Origin: an uncultured delta proteobacterium
GTDB lineage: Bacteria > Myxococcota_A > UBA9160 > SMWR01
Assembly (NCBI GenBank): GCA_963832165.1
Contig: CAWHTE010000005.1
Span: 288,001-352,000, forward strand
DNA length: 64,000 nt
Direction: 5' to 3'
Positions within the stretch are counted from its first letter, which is position 1. Each line of letters begins with the position of its first letter. The notes beneath the pieces were generated by a model. It was not told where the DNA came from. It was given only the letters and a program-made list of their open reading frames with translations, and did not search any database. The translations under genes and the position numbers were made by a program. Below are positions 12,176 through 21,459 of this stretch, in pieces.

Positions 12176-12757
12176 TCACGGCGCGTCGCCGACCGAGATG
12201 TCGGTGAACAGGGCCACGCGAATGGTCTTGGGCAGCACCGCCCTCGGACCGCCCGCCTTGGCCGGCTCCGCCTTCACCGGCAGGGCCGCGGCGTCCGGAG
12301 CAGCGGCCGCCGGGGTGAGCTTGGCCACGAGCTCGCTGTTCGAGGGCAGCTCGACGCTGCGGATCACGTCCATCACCTGGATCATGTTGTCGTAGTCGAT
12401 GTCGGGCTGGAGCAGAACCGAGGCGTCGTCCGAATCCGGGTAGTCGCTCTTCAGCGACACCACGAGCTCCCCGAGCGTCTTCATGTCGTACGCTCCGTCC
12501 ACCTTCGGGATCGTCGCGATCAGCGCCGTGCCGTTGGTGAGCTCGAAGCCCTCCTTGCGGACGATCACTTCGAGCCGGAACGGCGGCGTCGCGGCCACGG
12601 CGGTGTTCGAGCTCGGAAGGTCGAGCTCGATGATCGTGATGCGCGAAAACACCGCTGTCATCAGCAGGAACGTGACCAACACCGTGAAGATGTCGATCAT
12701 CGGCACGAGCATCAGCTCTGTCGCTTTGCGTTGCGGATGTCTGTGTTTCCGTCGCAT
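12176..12757 (-). CDS. ExbD/TolR family protein (AglQ-like)
   Basis: ELMLVPMIDIFTVLVTFLLMTAVF; PDIDYDNMIQVMDVIR. Confidence 0.9.
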   Translation of the reverse strand: MRRKHRHPQRKATELMLVPMIDIFTVLVTFLLMTAVFSRITIIELDLPSSNTAVAATPPFRLEVIVRKEGFELTNGTALIATIPKVDGAYDMKTLGELVVSLKSDYPDSDDASVLLQPDIDYDNMIQVMDVIRSVELPSNSELVAKLTPAAAAPDAAALPVKAEPAKAGGPRAVLPKTIRVALFTDISVGDAP

Positions 12758-12769
12758 TGACGATCTCCC

Positions 12770-13456
12770 TTAACCCTGCGCCGCCTGCGGCTGCACGAGA
12801 CCGAGGCGACCCGCCTTGGCGGCGTGGCGCTCGGTGACCGCGTTCAGGAACTTCGTGCAGGCCATCTCGAGACCGGTGACCAGCTCGATCGTCTTGGTCT
12901 GCAGGAACGCGTGGATGAACACGAACGGCACCGCGGTCATCAGACCGAACGCCGTACAGTTCATCGCCTCCGAGATGCTGGCCGAGAGCAGGTTCGCCTT
13001 CTCGGCCGGGTTCACGGTCGCCACCGCGCCGAACGCGTGGATCAGACCGCTCACGGTGCCGAGCAGGCCCAGCAGCGTCGCGAGGTTCGCGAACGTGGCC
13101 AGGTAGTGCGTGCGCTTCTCGAGCTGCGGGACGATCTCCATCATCGCCTCTTCCATCGCCACCTCGACGTCCTCGCGCCGGCGCACTGCGCCCTGGCGAG
13201 CCAGTCCCATGGCGAGGATCTGCGAGATCGCCGTCTCGTCGTTGCGCGTCATCTCGCGCGCCTGCTCGAACTCGCCGGCCGCGAGCACGGGCTGGAGCCG
13301 GGCCCATGTGCCCTTGTTCACCGAGCCCAGGCGGACCAGCGTGACGTAGCGCTCGAGCGCGATCGCGCCGCCGGCGGCCAGCACCAACGCGATCGGGAGC
13401 ATGAACACGCCGCCCCCCGCGAAGAATCCAACAATCGAATACATGAAGTCCATCAC
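12770..13456 (-). CDS. MotA/TolQ/ExbB proton channel protein (AglR-like)
   Basis: ANLATLLGLLGTVSGLIHAF...ISEAMNCTAFGL signature; 3 TM segments. Confidence 0.93.
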   Translation of the reverse strand: MMDFMYSIVGFFAGGGVFMLPIALVLAAGGAIALERYVTLVRLGSVNKGTWARLQPVLAAGEFEQAREMTRNDETAISQILAMGLARQGAVRRREDVEVAMEEAMMEIVPQLEKRTHYLATFANLATLLGLLGTVSGLIHAFGAVATVNPAEKANLLSASISEAMNCTAFGLMTAVPFVFIHAFLQTKTIELVTGLEMACTKFLNAVTERHAAKAGRLGLVQPQAAQG

Positions 13457-13495
13457 CCGATCCTCCCCATCAATCTGTCGTGGTTGCCTTCGGTC

Positions 13496-13813
13496 CTAAC
13501 GCGCGCCGGAACCGCTGGTTCCGGACGACTCCGATCTGATCTGGTAGTAGTCGAGCTCGCGCAGGAACACGTCCCTGTCGACGGGCTGGCGGCCATCATC
13601 GAGCGCGCGCGACACGTCGAGCGCGCTGCCGAGCGCCGAGCTCTTCCACGGCACGATCACGAGCGCCTTGGGCGCGTCGTCGTTGCCGACGATCGCCATG
13701 CCCGCGAGCTCCTTGTCGCCCTTGGGCGCCGCCGGCGTCTCCTTGGGCTCCTCCGCCGCGAGCGCGGCGGCGGCCGCGAGCATCACCGTGCATGACACGA
13801 TCGAGCGCAGCAT
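13496..13813 (-). CDS. Small exported protein (GltF-like position)
   Basis: ATG 13813 after GAGGAG; signal peptide MLRSIVSCTVMLAAAAALA; GMAIVGNDDAPKALVIVPWK motif typical of this gene cluster. Confidence 0.7.
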   Translation of the reverse strand: MLRSIVSCTVMLAAAAALAAEEPKETPAAPKGDKELAGMAIVGNDDAPKALVIVPWKSSALGSALDVSRALDDGRQPVDRDVFLRELDYYQIRSESSGTSGSGAR

Positions 13814-13821
13814 CGCACTCC

Positions 13822-14436
13822 TCACTTTCCGGCCCGCGCGCGCAGGTCGGCGACCCACATCGCGGCCTCCGCGTCACCCGGCACGGCCTGCAGGTAGAGC
13901 TCGTACTGCTCGAGCGCGCATTCCGCGTCGCGCAGATAGAGGTCGCACAGGATCCCGAGATTGCGCCGCGCGTAGTGGAAGCTCGGATAGAGCGCGAGCG
14001 CCTGCTCGTAGCTCTTGCGCGCCTGCGCGAAGCGGCCGGTCTTGCGCAGCACGATCCCCATCTCGTTGTGCGCGACCGGGTGGCGCGGATTCTGCTCGAG
14101 CGCCTTCACGAGGCTGGCCTCGGCGCGCGCGAGATCGCCCTTCTCGCGGTAGGCGATCGCGAGGTTGATGTGGGCCGACGTCGCATCCGGCGCGGCCTTC
14201 GTCACCTCTTCGAGCTGCGCGATCGCGCCGTCGTACTGCTTCTGCTCGAGCGCGCGGACCGCACCGTCGAACCCGGACCGCGCCGATCCGCTCGCGCGCA
14301 CGGTCTCGGTGATCGTGAAGCCCGAGAGGTCCTGGACCTCGACGGGCGCGGGACGCGCCGGAGCCGAGCCCGCGCACGCGGTGGCCAGGCAGGCGGCGGC
14401 GAACAGAGCGAGCGCGCGATTTTGGTGCTGCGACAT
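13822..14436 (-). CDS. TPR lipoprotein (GltE/AglT-like)
   Basis: C-terminal 204 aa of ORF 13822..17226 from ATG 14436; lipobox-like LATAC; TPRs (AHINLAIAYREKGD, AHNEMGIVLRKTGRF, ARRNLGILCDLYL). Confidence 0.82.
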   Translation of the reverse strand: MSQHQNRALALFAAACLATACAGSAPARPAPVEVQDLSGFTITETVRASGSARSGFDGAVRALEQKQYDGAIAQLEEVTKAAPDATSAHINLAIAYREKGDLARAEASLVKALEQNPRHPVAHNEMGIVLRKTGRFAQARKSYEQALALYPSFHYARRNLGILCDLYLRDAECALEQYELYLQAVPGDAEAAMWVADLRARAGK

Positions 14437-14438
14437 TC

Positions 14439-17400
14439 TCAGTTCTCCGCCATCGGCTCGTCGGCCGCCGCGGGATCCGGTGCGGCCGGCGGCGCGGGCG
14501 CCTCGGCCTCGGGAACCGCGATTTCCTCGGGGACGGCCGCCTCCGCGGGCGCGCTCGGCTCCACGCTCTCCGCGAGCTCCGGCTGCACGGGCTGCGCCGG
14601 CTCGGGCTGCGCGGGCGCCGGCCGGGCCGGTGCGCGATACGCGTAGCTGTCGATCGCCGCGACCGGGCCGCTGCTCGTCTCGGACTTCGCATAACGGCCG
14701 GGCGAGAGCGCCGCGAGCCGCGCGAGGCTCTTGTCGATCCAGGGGTTGTACACGCCCGAGCCCAGCAGCTCGAGGTTCTTCTCGTGAACCGCGATCGCCT
14801 TGTCCTCGAACGGGAACGCCTCGCCTTCGAGCGTCGCGTCGTACTCCGCGAGCTCTGCGGCCGAGAGGCCGCCCGGGCGCTCCGACTCGAGCAGCGCGCG
14901 GCTGAAGTCCGCGTAGACCTCGGCCATGTAGAACGTGGCGGCCGAGGTCACCTCGGCGACCTCGTAGTCCACGAGCGCGCCGAGCGCGTCGAGCGTCGTG
15001 TTCATGCGCTGCTGCTTCTGCTTGAGGCTGCGCTCGAACGGCAGCGTCAGAGCCACCTCGCCGAACGATCGGTAGAGCTCCTGGGCCAGCACGAGCGCCG
15101 ACTGTGCGGCGAGGAAGCGCACGCGCGCGGTGCGCTGCCCGCCCGCGTTGGCGTCGATGTCCACGATCTGGTGCAGCTGGCCGTGGTAGGCGACCTGGTC
15201 GCGCGCCGCCGAGTACATGCCCGCGATCTTCCAGCGCGTCTCCACGGCCGGCTCGATCGGCTCGGGGAACTCGCTCACGTACTTGAGGTAGGCCGCGAGC
15301 GCGCGCTCGGTCGACTTCGCCTTCTCGTACAGATCGCCCGCCTCGAGCTGGGCCTCGCGGCGCAGCTCGGGGTCTTCGGACTCCACCGCAACGCGCTCGT
15401 ACTCGGCGGCCGCACCGGCGAGATTGCCCTCTTCCCGCTTCACGAACGCGATCTGCTTGGTGGCCTCGCGGTTGAGCTCGTGCTCCGGGTAGGCCTTGCG
15501 GAAGCCATCGAGCACGGCGCCGGCCTTGGCCCAATCCTCGACCCTCATCAGCGCAGCGCCCGCGTCGTACTCGGCCGAGGGCCGGATGCTCGAGGTCGGA
15601 GCCGCCTTCGCAACGCGCAGGAAGTGGTCGGAGGCCGCGCGGTAGTCCTGGGCGGCATTGGCCTGCTCGCCCTGCTTGTAGATCGAGGCGGCCAGATTGT
15701 CGATCACCCCCTGGCGCGCCTTGTCCTCGCCCGCGGTCATCTCGAGCACGTGCGTGTAGGCCTGCTCGGCCTGCGGATAGGCCGAGGTCTCGAACGAGGA
15801 GTGCGCGACCACGGTCCACGCCGCGCGCCGGATCGCCGGATCGGAGCCCGGATAGCTCTCGATCAGCCGAGTGCCCGTCGCGATCGCGCGCTCGAACTCC
15901 TTCATCTCGTACAGGTTGTCGACGGCCGCGCCGAGCACCGCCGCGGCGTGCTCGTGCTTCGGGAACTTGTCCACGAAGCGGAGCGTGCTCGCGACCGCGT
16001 TGCGCTTGACCGCCACCTTGTCGTCGCCCGATGCGGCCTTCTCGTGCTCGCGATGCGCGTAGATCGCTGCATAACCGGCCGACGCGCTCTTCTCGTGATC
16101 GGGATACTCGTAGGCGGTGCGTTCGTACTCGCGCGCCGACTGGCCGAAGTCCTTGTTCTCGAGCAGGAGGTCCGCGAGCCGGTAGTGGAGCGCCGGCGTC
16201 TCCTGCTCCTTCGGGAAGGACGTGAGATAGCCGCGGTACCAGCGCTGAGCTTCGGCGAAGTTCGCGGGCTTCTCCTTCTCGAGGCCCTCCGCCTGATAGA
16301 GCGCGTGATAGTGATGCGCGAGGTCCTGGAGGTTCTTCTTGAGGAAGCCCCGGACTTCGGGCGACTTGTCGATGTCGAAGTGGCGCCAGTATTCGGACTC
16401 GAGCGCGTACGTGGCCGCGAACTGCTTCTTCGACTCGAGCACGAGCTTGGGGAAATCGCCCTTCCCGTAGATCTCGATCACGCGCATGCTGAAGTGCGGC
16501 GACACCTTGTGCAGCGGATTCAGCTCGATGAACGCCTGGTAGCTCGCCGCGGCGTCCTGGAAGCGCAGCTTCTCGAGGTAGTACTCGCCGAGGCCGCGGT
16601 AGATGCGGTCCTCGTAGCCCCGGTGTCCCTTCGCGCCGAAGTACGAGACCACGGACGACGGCCCGCCCAGGCCCGAGAACGAGAGGCTGATCACGTGATA
16701 GGTGTCGGCGATCCGGCGCTCGGTGTCCTCGTCGTTCTTCTGATCGAAGTCGTATCCCGTGGAGACCTTGTAATCGAGCAGCGCCATGTACTGGTCGAGC
16801 GCTTCCTCGAGCATGTCCTGCTTGTAGAGGGTCCAGCCGAGCTTGTACAACGCGAGCTCGTAGTACTCGGACCGCGAACCCATCGCCGTGATCGCGCCGT
16901 ACGACTTCTCCGCGTCGAGGAACTTCTTGCGCACGAAGTAGTACTCCGCACGCCGGAACTGCACTTCGTCGAGATGCCGCGACGCCGGATACTGCGCGAC
17001 CAGCTGGTCGATCACCGTGACCGCTTCGTCGACGCGGCCGAGCTCGTCGAACGCGCGCGCCTTCTGGTAGAGCACCTGGTCGTTGTGCGGGTAGTTCGGA
17101 TAGGCGGTGAGGATCTGGTCGTAGAGCGCGATCGCCTCGAGCGGACCGTCGGGCGCCTGCTCCTTCCCACCCGGCAGGTCGAGCGAGCGCGGAGCGCCCG
17201 ACGGCAGCTCCGTGGCGCGGTCGCACGCCGCTCGAACTCCTGATCGGATTCAGCGCGCTTCGGCTTCTCGCTCGCCTTGCGCGGCGCCGGCTTCGCTTCG
17301 GCGGGCACGGCGCTCGGCTCCGGAGCCGGCATCTCGCGGATCTTCGAGTCCTCGAGCAGCCCGTATTCCTTCTCGAGCTTGAGGTCCGCGAGGCGCCGCA

Positions 17401-17608
17401 TCGCCTCGGGCGTGAGCGCGGACTCGGGCGCCTCGTCGAGGAACTTGCGGTAACCCGACATCGCCTTGTCGAGGCTGTCCTCGACCTTCACCTCGGCGGT
17501 ATCGGGCTCGACCGAGTGCAGCTTCGCGAGCGTCTGCCCCGAGTTCCCGGCGCACGCGGCCGCCACCGCGGACGCGAACAGGAGTGTCGTGCGGGCCCAG
17601 TGATTCAT
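14439..17608 (-). CDS. Large TPR lipoprotein (GltD/AgmU-like), one apparent frameshift near 17200-17225
   Basis: Starts MNHWARTTLLFASAVAAAC (lipobox) at 17608 in the 17012..19513 frame, then continues in the 14439..17075 frame with many TPRs; span of 3170 nt is not a multiple of 3. Confidence 0.8.
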
Positions 17609-17616
17609 GGCGGGGC

Positions 17617-19542
17617 CTACTGCGCCGCGGCCTGCGCCTTGGCGGCGCGGTCGTAGCTGTCGGCGAACGCGAAGCGGGCCTCGTTCTGGTATTCCGCGAG
17701 TCGCTCGCGGCGCACGCGGAGCTCGCGGCTCGCGACGACCTCGACCACCTTGCCCTGCGCGGTCATCAGCGTGTCGAGGTTCTCGAGCGAGGCGGTGATC
17801 CGCGAGCGCAGGTTGCGAATCGGAGCGTCGTATCCGACGTAGCTGTGGGTCGCCGCCTGGCGCGTGCGCACGAACGAGTCGTACTGGGTCTGGAGCCGCT
17901 CGATGTCTGCGTTGAGCTCGCGCAGATGCGTGTGGGTGTCGGTCAGGCGCCGGTGGTAGTCGGTCTGCTGCGTGAACCGCAGCACGCCCCGGAGCCGGGC
18001 GAGCCGCTGCATCGCCATCTCCTGGGCGGGCCCGTTCGCACCCGCGAGACCGGCCTCGAGCTTCTCGATCCGCGCGGTCGCGGCCTGCTCGTGCGAGGTC
18101 GCCAGGTAGTCGGGGCGCGGCGCGATCAGCATGTGCTGCAGGCGGCGAGCCAGAGACTTGCGCTGCTCGAGCCGCAGCCGCATCTGGGCATCGAGCCTGC
18201 GGAAATTCCGGTCGAGCTCGGGCAGCAGCGGCTCGTAATACTCGCGGCGCAGCCGGATCAGATCGTCGAACGAGTCGAGACCCTTCTCCCACGCGACCAT
18301 CTTCTTGCGCATGTCCTCGAGGTCGAGGTAGTTCTGGAGCGCGGTCTGGAAGTCGTGCGACGCCATCAGCGTCATCAGGTAGAAGGTCTCGGGCGCGTCG
18401 GGCAGGCTGCGCAGCCGGATCACCCAGTCCTTGTCCTGGCGGATCTCCTCGCGCACGAGGTCCTTCAGGAACTCGCCCTTCTCGATGCTCGCGATCGAGG
18501 CGTCCACCTTCGTGAGCTCTTGGGCGAAGGTCTCGACGGCGCGCCCGTACAGCACCGCAGCGCGCCCGTGCACGTTCATCTTGCTGTAGGCGTAGGGCAG
18601 CGCGAGCAGCGCATCCTGAACCGCGGCGTCGGTGGGCTCGCGCTCGGCCAGAATGCTCCAGGGGACCACCGCGCGCTTGAAGTTCTGCGCCGAGACGTCG
18701 GCCCAGCCCGCGCGCAGGAGCGCCTGGTTGGAGTACGGCCCCTCGAGGCTCACGCGGTCCAGCGCCTTCTGCGCGGCGCCGAACTCGTTCGCCTCGAAGA
18801 ACATCGTGCCGAGCACGAAGTTGGCCTTGTCGCGGATCGCGACGGTCGCGGGGTCGTTGGCCGAGATCTGGCCCGCGGCGTCGAGCTGCTGCACGGCCTC
18901 CTTCGCGTTCCCTTCCTGGAGGCGCGCGATGCCGAGGTTGTAGGTCGAGAAGCCCTCGAGCGATTCGGAGCCCTGCAACCCCTCGAGCACGCGCGCGGCG
19001 TCCGCGGGTCGGCCCATCGCGGTGTAGACATTGGCGCGCAGGAACTCGACCTCGTCGCGAATCGAGTCGGGCACCTTCCCATGGATCCGATCGAGCGCGT
19101 GCAGCGCGTCGACCGGCTGGTCCTTCTGGAAGTGGATGCGCGCGAGCCGGAAGGCCGCGACGTTGCGCACCTCGTCTTCCACGTCGGCCTCGAGCACGGC
19201 CTTGATCGCGCGACCCGCGCGGTGATGCATGCGGTAATTGAGCTCGAACGCGCCGACCGAGAACTCTGCGGTCTTGATGTGGTACTGGAGCGTGTCGAGC
19301 GCCGGCTCGTCTACGCCGAAGTGCCCCGCGACCTCGGCATCGAGGCGCCCGAGTGCCTCGAAGTACTGATTCTGGAACGCGTAGTACAGCGCCTCGCCAA
19401 AATAGAGATCGCGCAGCTCGATGCGGCTGTCCTCGGGAATCACCGGGGCGGTGTCCCAATCCTGGTATGAGCTCGCTTCCGAGCTCCCAGTCGCGAGCGC
19501 CACGAGGGCGCACGCGGTGATCGTGGCCAGTGCTGCGCGCAA
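17617..19542 (-). CDS. Exported TPR/coiled-coil protein (GltC-like)
   Basis: 641 aa, TTG start, signal peptide, TPRs, coiled-coil C-terminus ending ARFAFADSYDRA. Confidence 0.8.
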   Translation of the reverse strand: MRAALATITACALVALATGSSEASSYQDWDTAPVIPEDSRIELRDLYFGEALYYAFQNQYFEALGRLDAEVAGHFGVDEPALDTLQYHIKTAEFSVGAFELNYRMHHRAGRAIKAVLEADVEDEVRNVAAFRLARIHFQKDQPVDALHALDRIHGKVPDSIRDEVEFLRANVYTAMGRPADAARVLEGLQGSESLEGFSTYNLGIARLQEGNAKEAVQQLDAAGQISANDPATVAIRDKANFVLGTMFFEANEFGAAQKALDRVSLEGPYSNQALLRAGWADVSAQNFKRAVVPWSILAEREPTDAAVQDALLALPYAYSKMNVHGRAAVLYGRAVETFAQELTKVDASIASIEKGEFLKDLVREEIRQDKDWVIRLRSLPDAPETFYLMTLMASHDFQTALQNYLDLEDMRKKMVAWEKGLDSFDDLIRLRREYYEPLLPELDRNFRRLDAQMRLRLEQRKSLARRLQHMLIAPRPDYLATSHEQAATARIEKLEAGLAGANGPAQEMAMQRLARLRGVLRFTQQTDYHRRLTDTHTHLRELNADIERLQTQYDSFVRTRQAATHSYVGYDAPIRNLRSRITASLENLDTLMTAQGKVVEVVASRELRVRRERLAEYQNEARFAFADSYDRAAKAQAAAQ

Positions 19543-19548
19543 GGTGGG

Positions 19549-20130
19549 CTACCAGGCTCCGAGCTGGATGCTGGCGTCCCCGGCGTCGGCCAGCGTGATC
19601 CCGACCAGCTTCGGCTCCACCTTCTTGCTGAACGTGAAGCTCTGATTGCGCGTGTAGTCCCCGCCGCTCGGCGTCTTGCCGAGCACGGCGACGTCCAGGC
19701 GGTGGTCGCCCGTCGCGACGTTGCCCGTGTAGATCCGCTGCACGCCCCCCATCTGCAGCGCCTCGAGCTCCTTGAAGGTGTAGATGTGATGCGCCACGAG
19801 CTGGCCATCGATCTGCACCTGCACCGAGTCGAGCCGGAACGTCTCCCCATCCTTCATCGACACGAACAGCGCCACCTGCGTGTTCGAGGGGTAGAGCAAT
19901 CGCTCTTCGAGCTGATTCAGCTCAGCGGCGATCCCCAACACGTCCGACTTGATCTCCTGGACCTGTTCGTCCAGGCTCTGCATCTGCTGCTTCGATGCCT
20001 CTTCGGCACCAGCGGCAGCGCCCCAGACTCCGCACAGCAGGGCGAGCGCAGCGGCAAAGCAGATCCAGCGCTGCGCGTGCGCACGGGCCCTGCGGCGAAC
20101 AGAATGCCTCTCGACGGTTGCGTCCATCAC
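19549..20130 (-). CDS. Conserved exported protein, first gene of the TPR-ExbBD operon
   Basis: Signal/TM segment, coiled coil, LEERLLYPSNTQVALFVS...GGVQRIYTGNV motif; no recognisable HTH. Confidence 0.75.
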   Translation of the reverse strand: MMDATVERHSVRRRARAHAQRWICFAAALALLCGVWGAAAGAEEASKQQMQSLDEQVQEIKSDVLGIAAELNQLEERLLYPSNTQVALFVSMKDGETFRLDSVQVQIDGQLVAHHIYTFKELEALQMGGVQRIYTGNVATGDHRLDVAVLGKTPSGGDYTRNQSFTFSKKVEPKLVGITLADAGDASIQLGAW

Positions 20131-20193
20131 GGGCTACCGGCCTCCCCGATTTTGCGTGGCAACGCCTCGTTCGTCCTTCCCGCACGCAGCGCG

Positions 20194-20215
20194 CGTGACG
20201 GCGGACACAATATTG
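20194..20215. promoter_or_regulatory. CRP/FNR-family-like binding box, copy 2
   Basis: CGTGACGGCGGACACAATATTG, 64-85 bp upstream of the operon ATG; matches 10115..10136. Confidence 0.55.
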
Positions 20216-20470
20216 ATTCCGCAGTGTCCTGCGACACATCGGCCTAACGTCTTTAGTCGAGCGTTAGTCTCAATCTTCCAGCGTGTTCGCAGTTGCGCAT
20301 TGCTGAGAGCCGCACCTCCGCAAGAGGCAGAACCCCTTCCGCGAGACGCACTTCGACGGCAACTCCGGCTTGCCGCTCGCTTGCCGATCCGCTGCGCATT
20401 CGTTTCCGCTCGAAGACGAGCGGGTTTCCGCGTTGCTCAACGAACCGGAAATTCGCCGCAGCGGCCGCGA

Positions 20471-21445
20471 CTATTCGTCGAGCAGCTCCATGAACAGCTC
20501 GTCGACGTCGTCCTTGGGCGGCGGCTCGCGATCCGCGATCGGAACCACGCGCGGCGCGAACGCCGCATCGAGCTCCGGGTCGGTCCGTTCCGCCTGCACC
20601 GGTGTCAGCCGGCGCATCGGGTGATCGCCCGGATCGGCCCAGCCGAGATCGCGGTGCGCGCGCTCGACGTCCGTGCGCGTGATCTGCGGATGACCCGCGA
20701 GCCAGGCCTCGTAGAGCGCGTTGTCCGCGAGCGTGTTGATGCGGCCCGGGGCGCCCTCCGCGAGCTCGTGCAGCGCCGCGCTCGCGCCCGCGAGCCAGAT
20801 CTCCGGGCTGCCGCCCGCGGCTTCCATGCGCACCGCGAGATACTCCTGCGCCTCCCCGCGCCCGAGTGGAGCGAGCGGGACGCGCATGTCGATGTGGTGC
20901 GACACGAGCGGGTCGGCTGCGATCGCGGCGTCGAGCGGCGGAGCCCCCGCGAGCACCACGGAGAGGAGTCGGCGATCTTCGTACTCGAGCTTCACGAGCC
21001 CGCACAGCTCGGAGAGTGCGTCGGCGTTCGCGAGCCCGTGCGCATCGTCGATGATCAGCACCGCGCGGCGCCCGTCTTCGTGGATGATCGCGAGGCGCTC
21101 GTAGATCTGGCGGATCACCGCCTCGCGGTCGACGTCAGCGCGCTCCACGCCGAGCTGATTCGCGATCCGGGGCAGCAGCCATTCGACACCGGCCTCGCGG
21201 CGCAGCACGACCATCATCGCCGCCTCGAACTGTTCCTCCTCGAGCCCCTCGAACAGCCGGCGCGCCACGCGCGTCTTGCCCGCGCCCACCCCGCCCACGA
21301 GCAACAGGAGCCCGCGCCCCTGGCGCACCCCGCGGTCGAGCCGCGCGAGCGCGTCGTTTTGCGACGGGAGCTCGGCGTCGAACTTCTCGTGCGCGTCGCT
21401 CCGGAACGGATCCTCGGCGATACCGAAGTGATGCAGGTGGTCCAA
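20471..21445 (-). CDS. ExeA/GspA-family AAA+ ATPase
   Basis: HFGIAEDPF N-terminus; Walker A GGVGAGKT; Walker B LIIDDAH; GAPGRINTLADNAL. Confidence 0.88.
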   Translation of the reverse strand: MDHLHHFGIAEDPFRSDAHEKFDAELPSQNDALARLDRGVRQGRGLLLLVGGVGAGKTRVARRLFEGLEEEQFEAAMMVVLRREAGVEWLLPRIANQLGVERADVDREAVIRQIYERLAIIHEDGRRAVLIIDDAHGLANADALSELCGLVKLEYEDRRLLSVVLAGAPPLDAAIAADPLVSHHIDMRVPLAPLGRGEAQEYLAVRMEAAGGSPEIWLAGASAALHELAEGAPGRINTLADNALYEAWLAGHPQITRTDVERAHRDLGWADPGDHPMRRLTPVQAERTDPELDAAFAPRVVPIADREPPPKDDVDELFMELLDE

Positions 21446-21459
21446 GCGCCATGCCTCGC

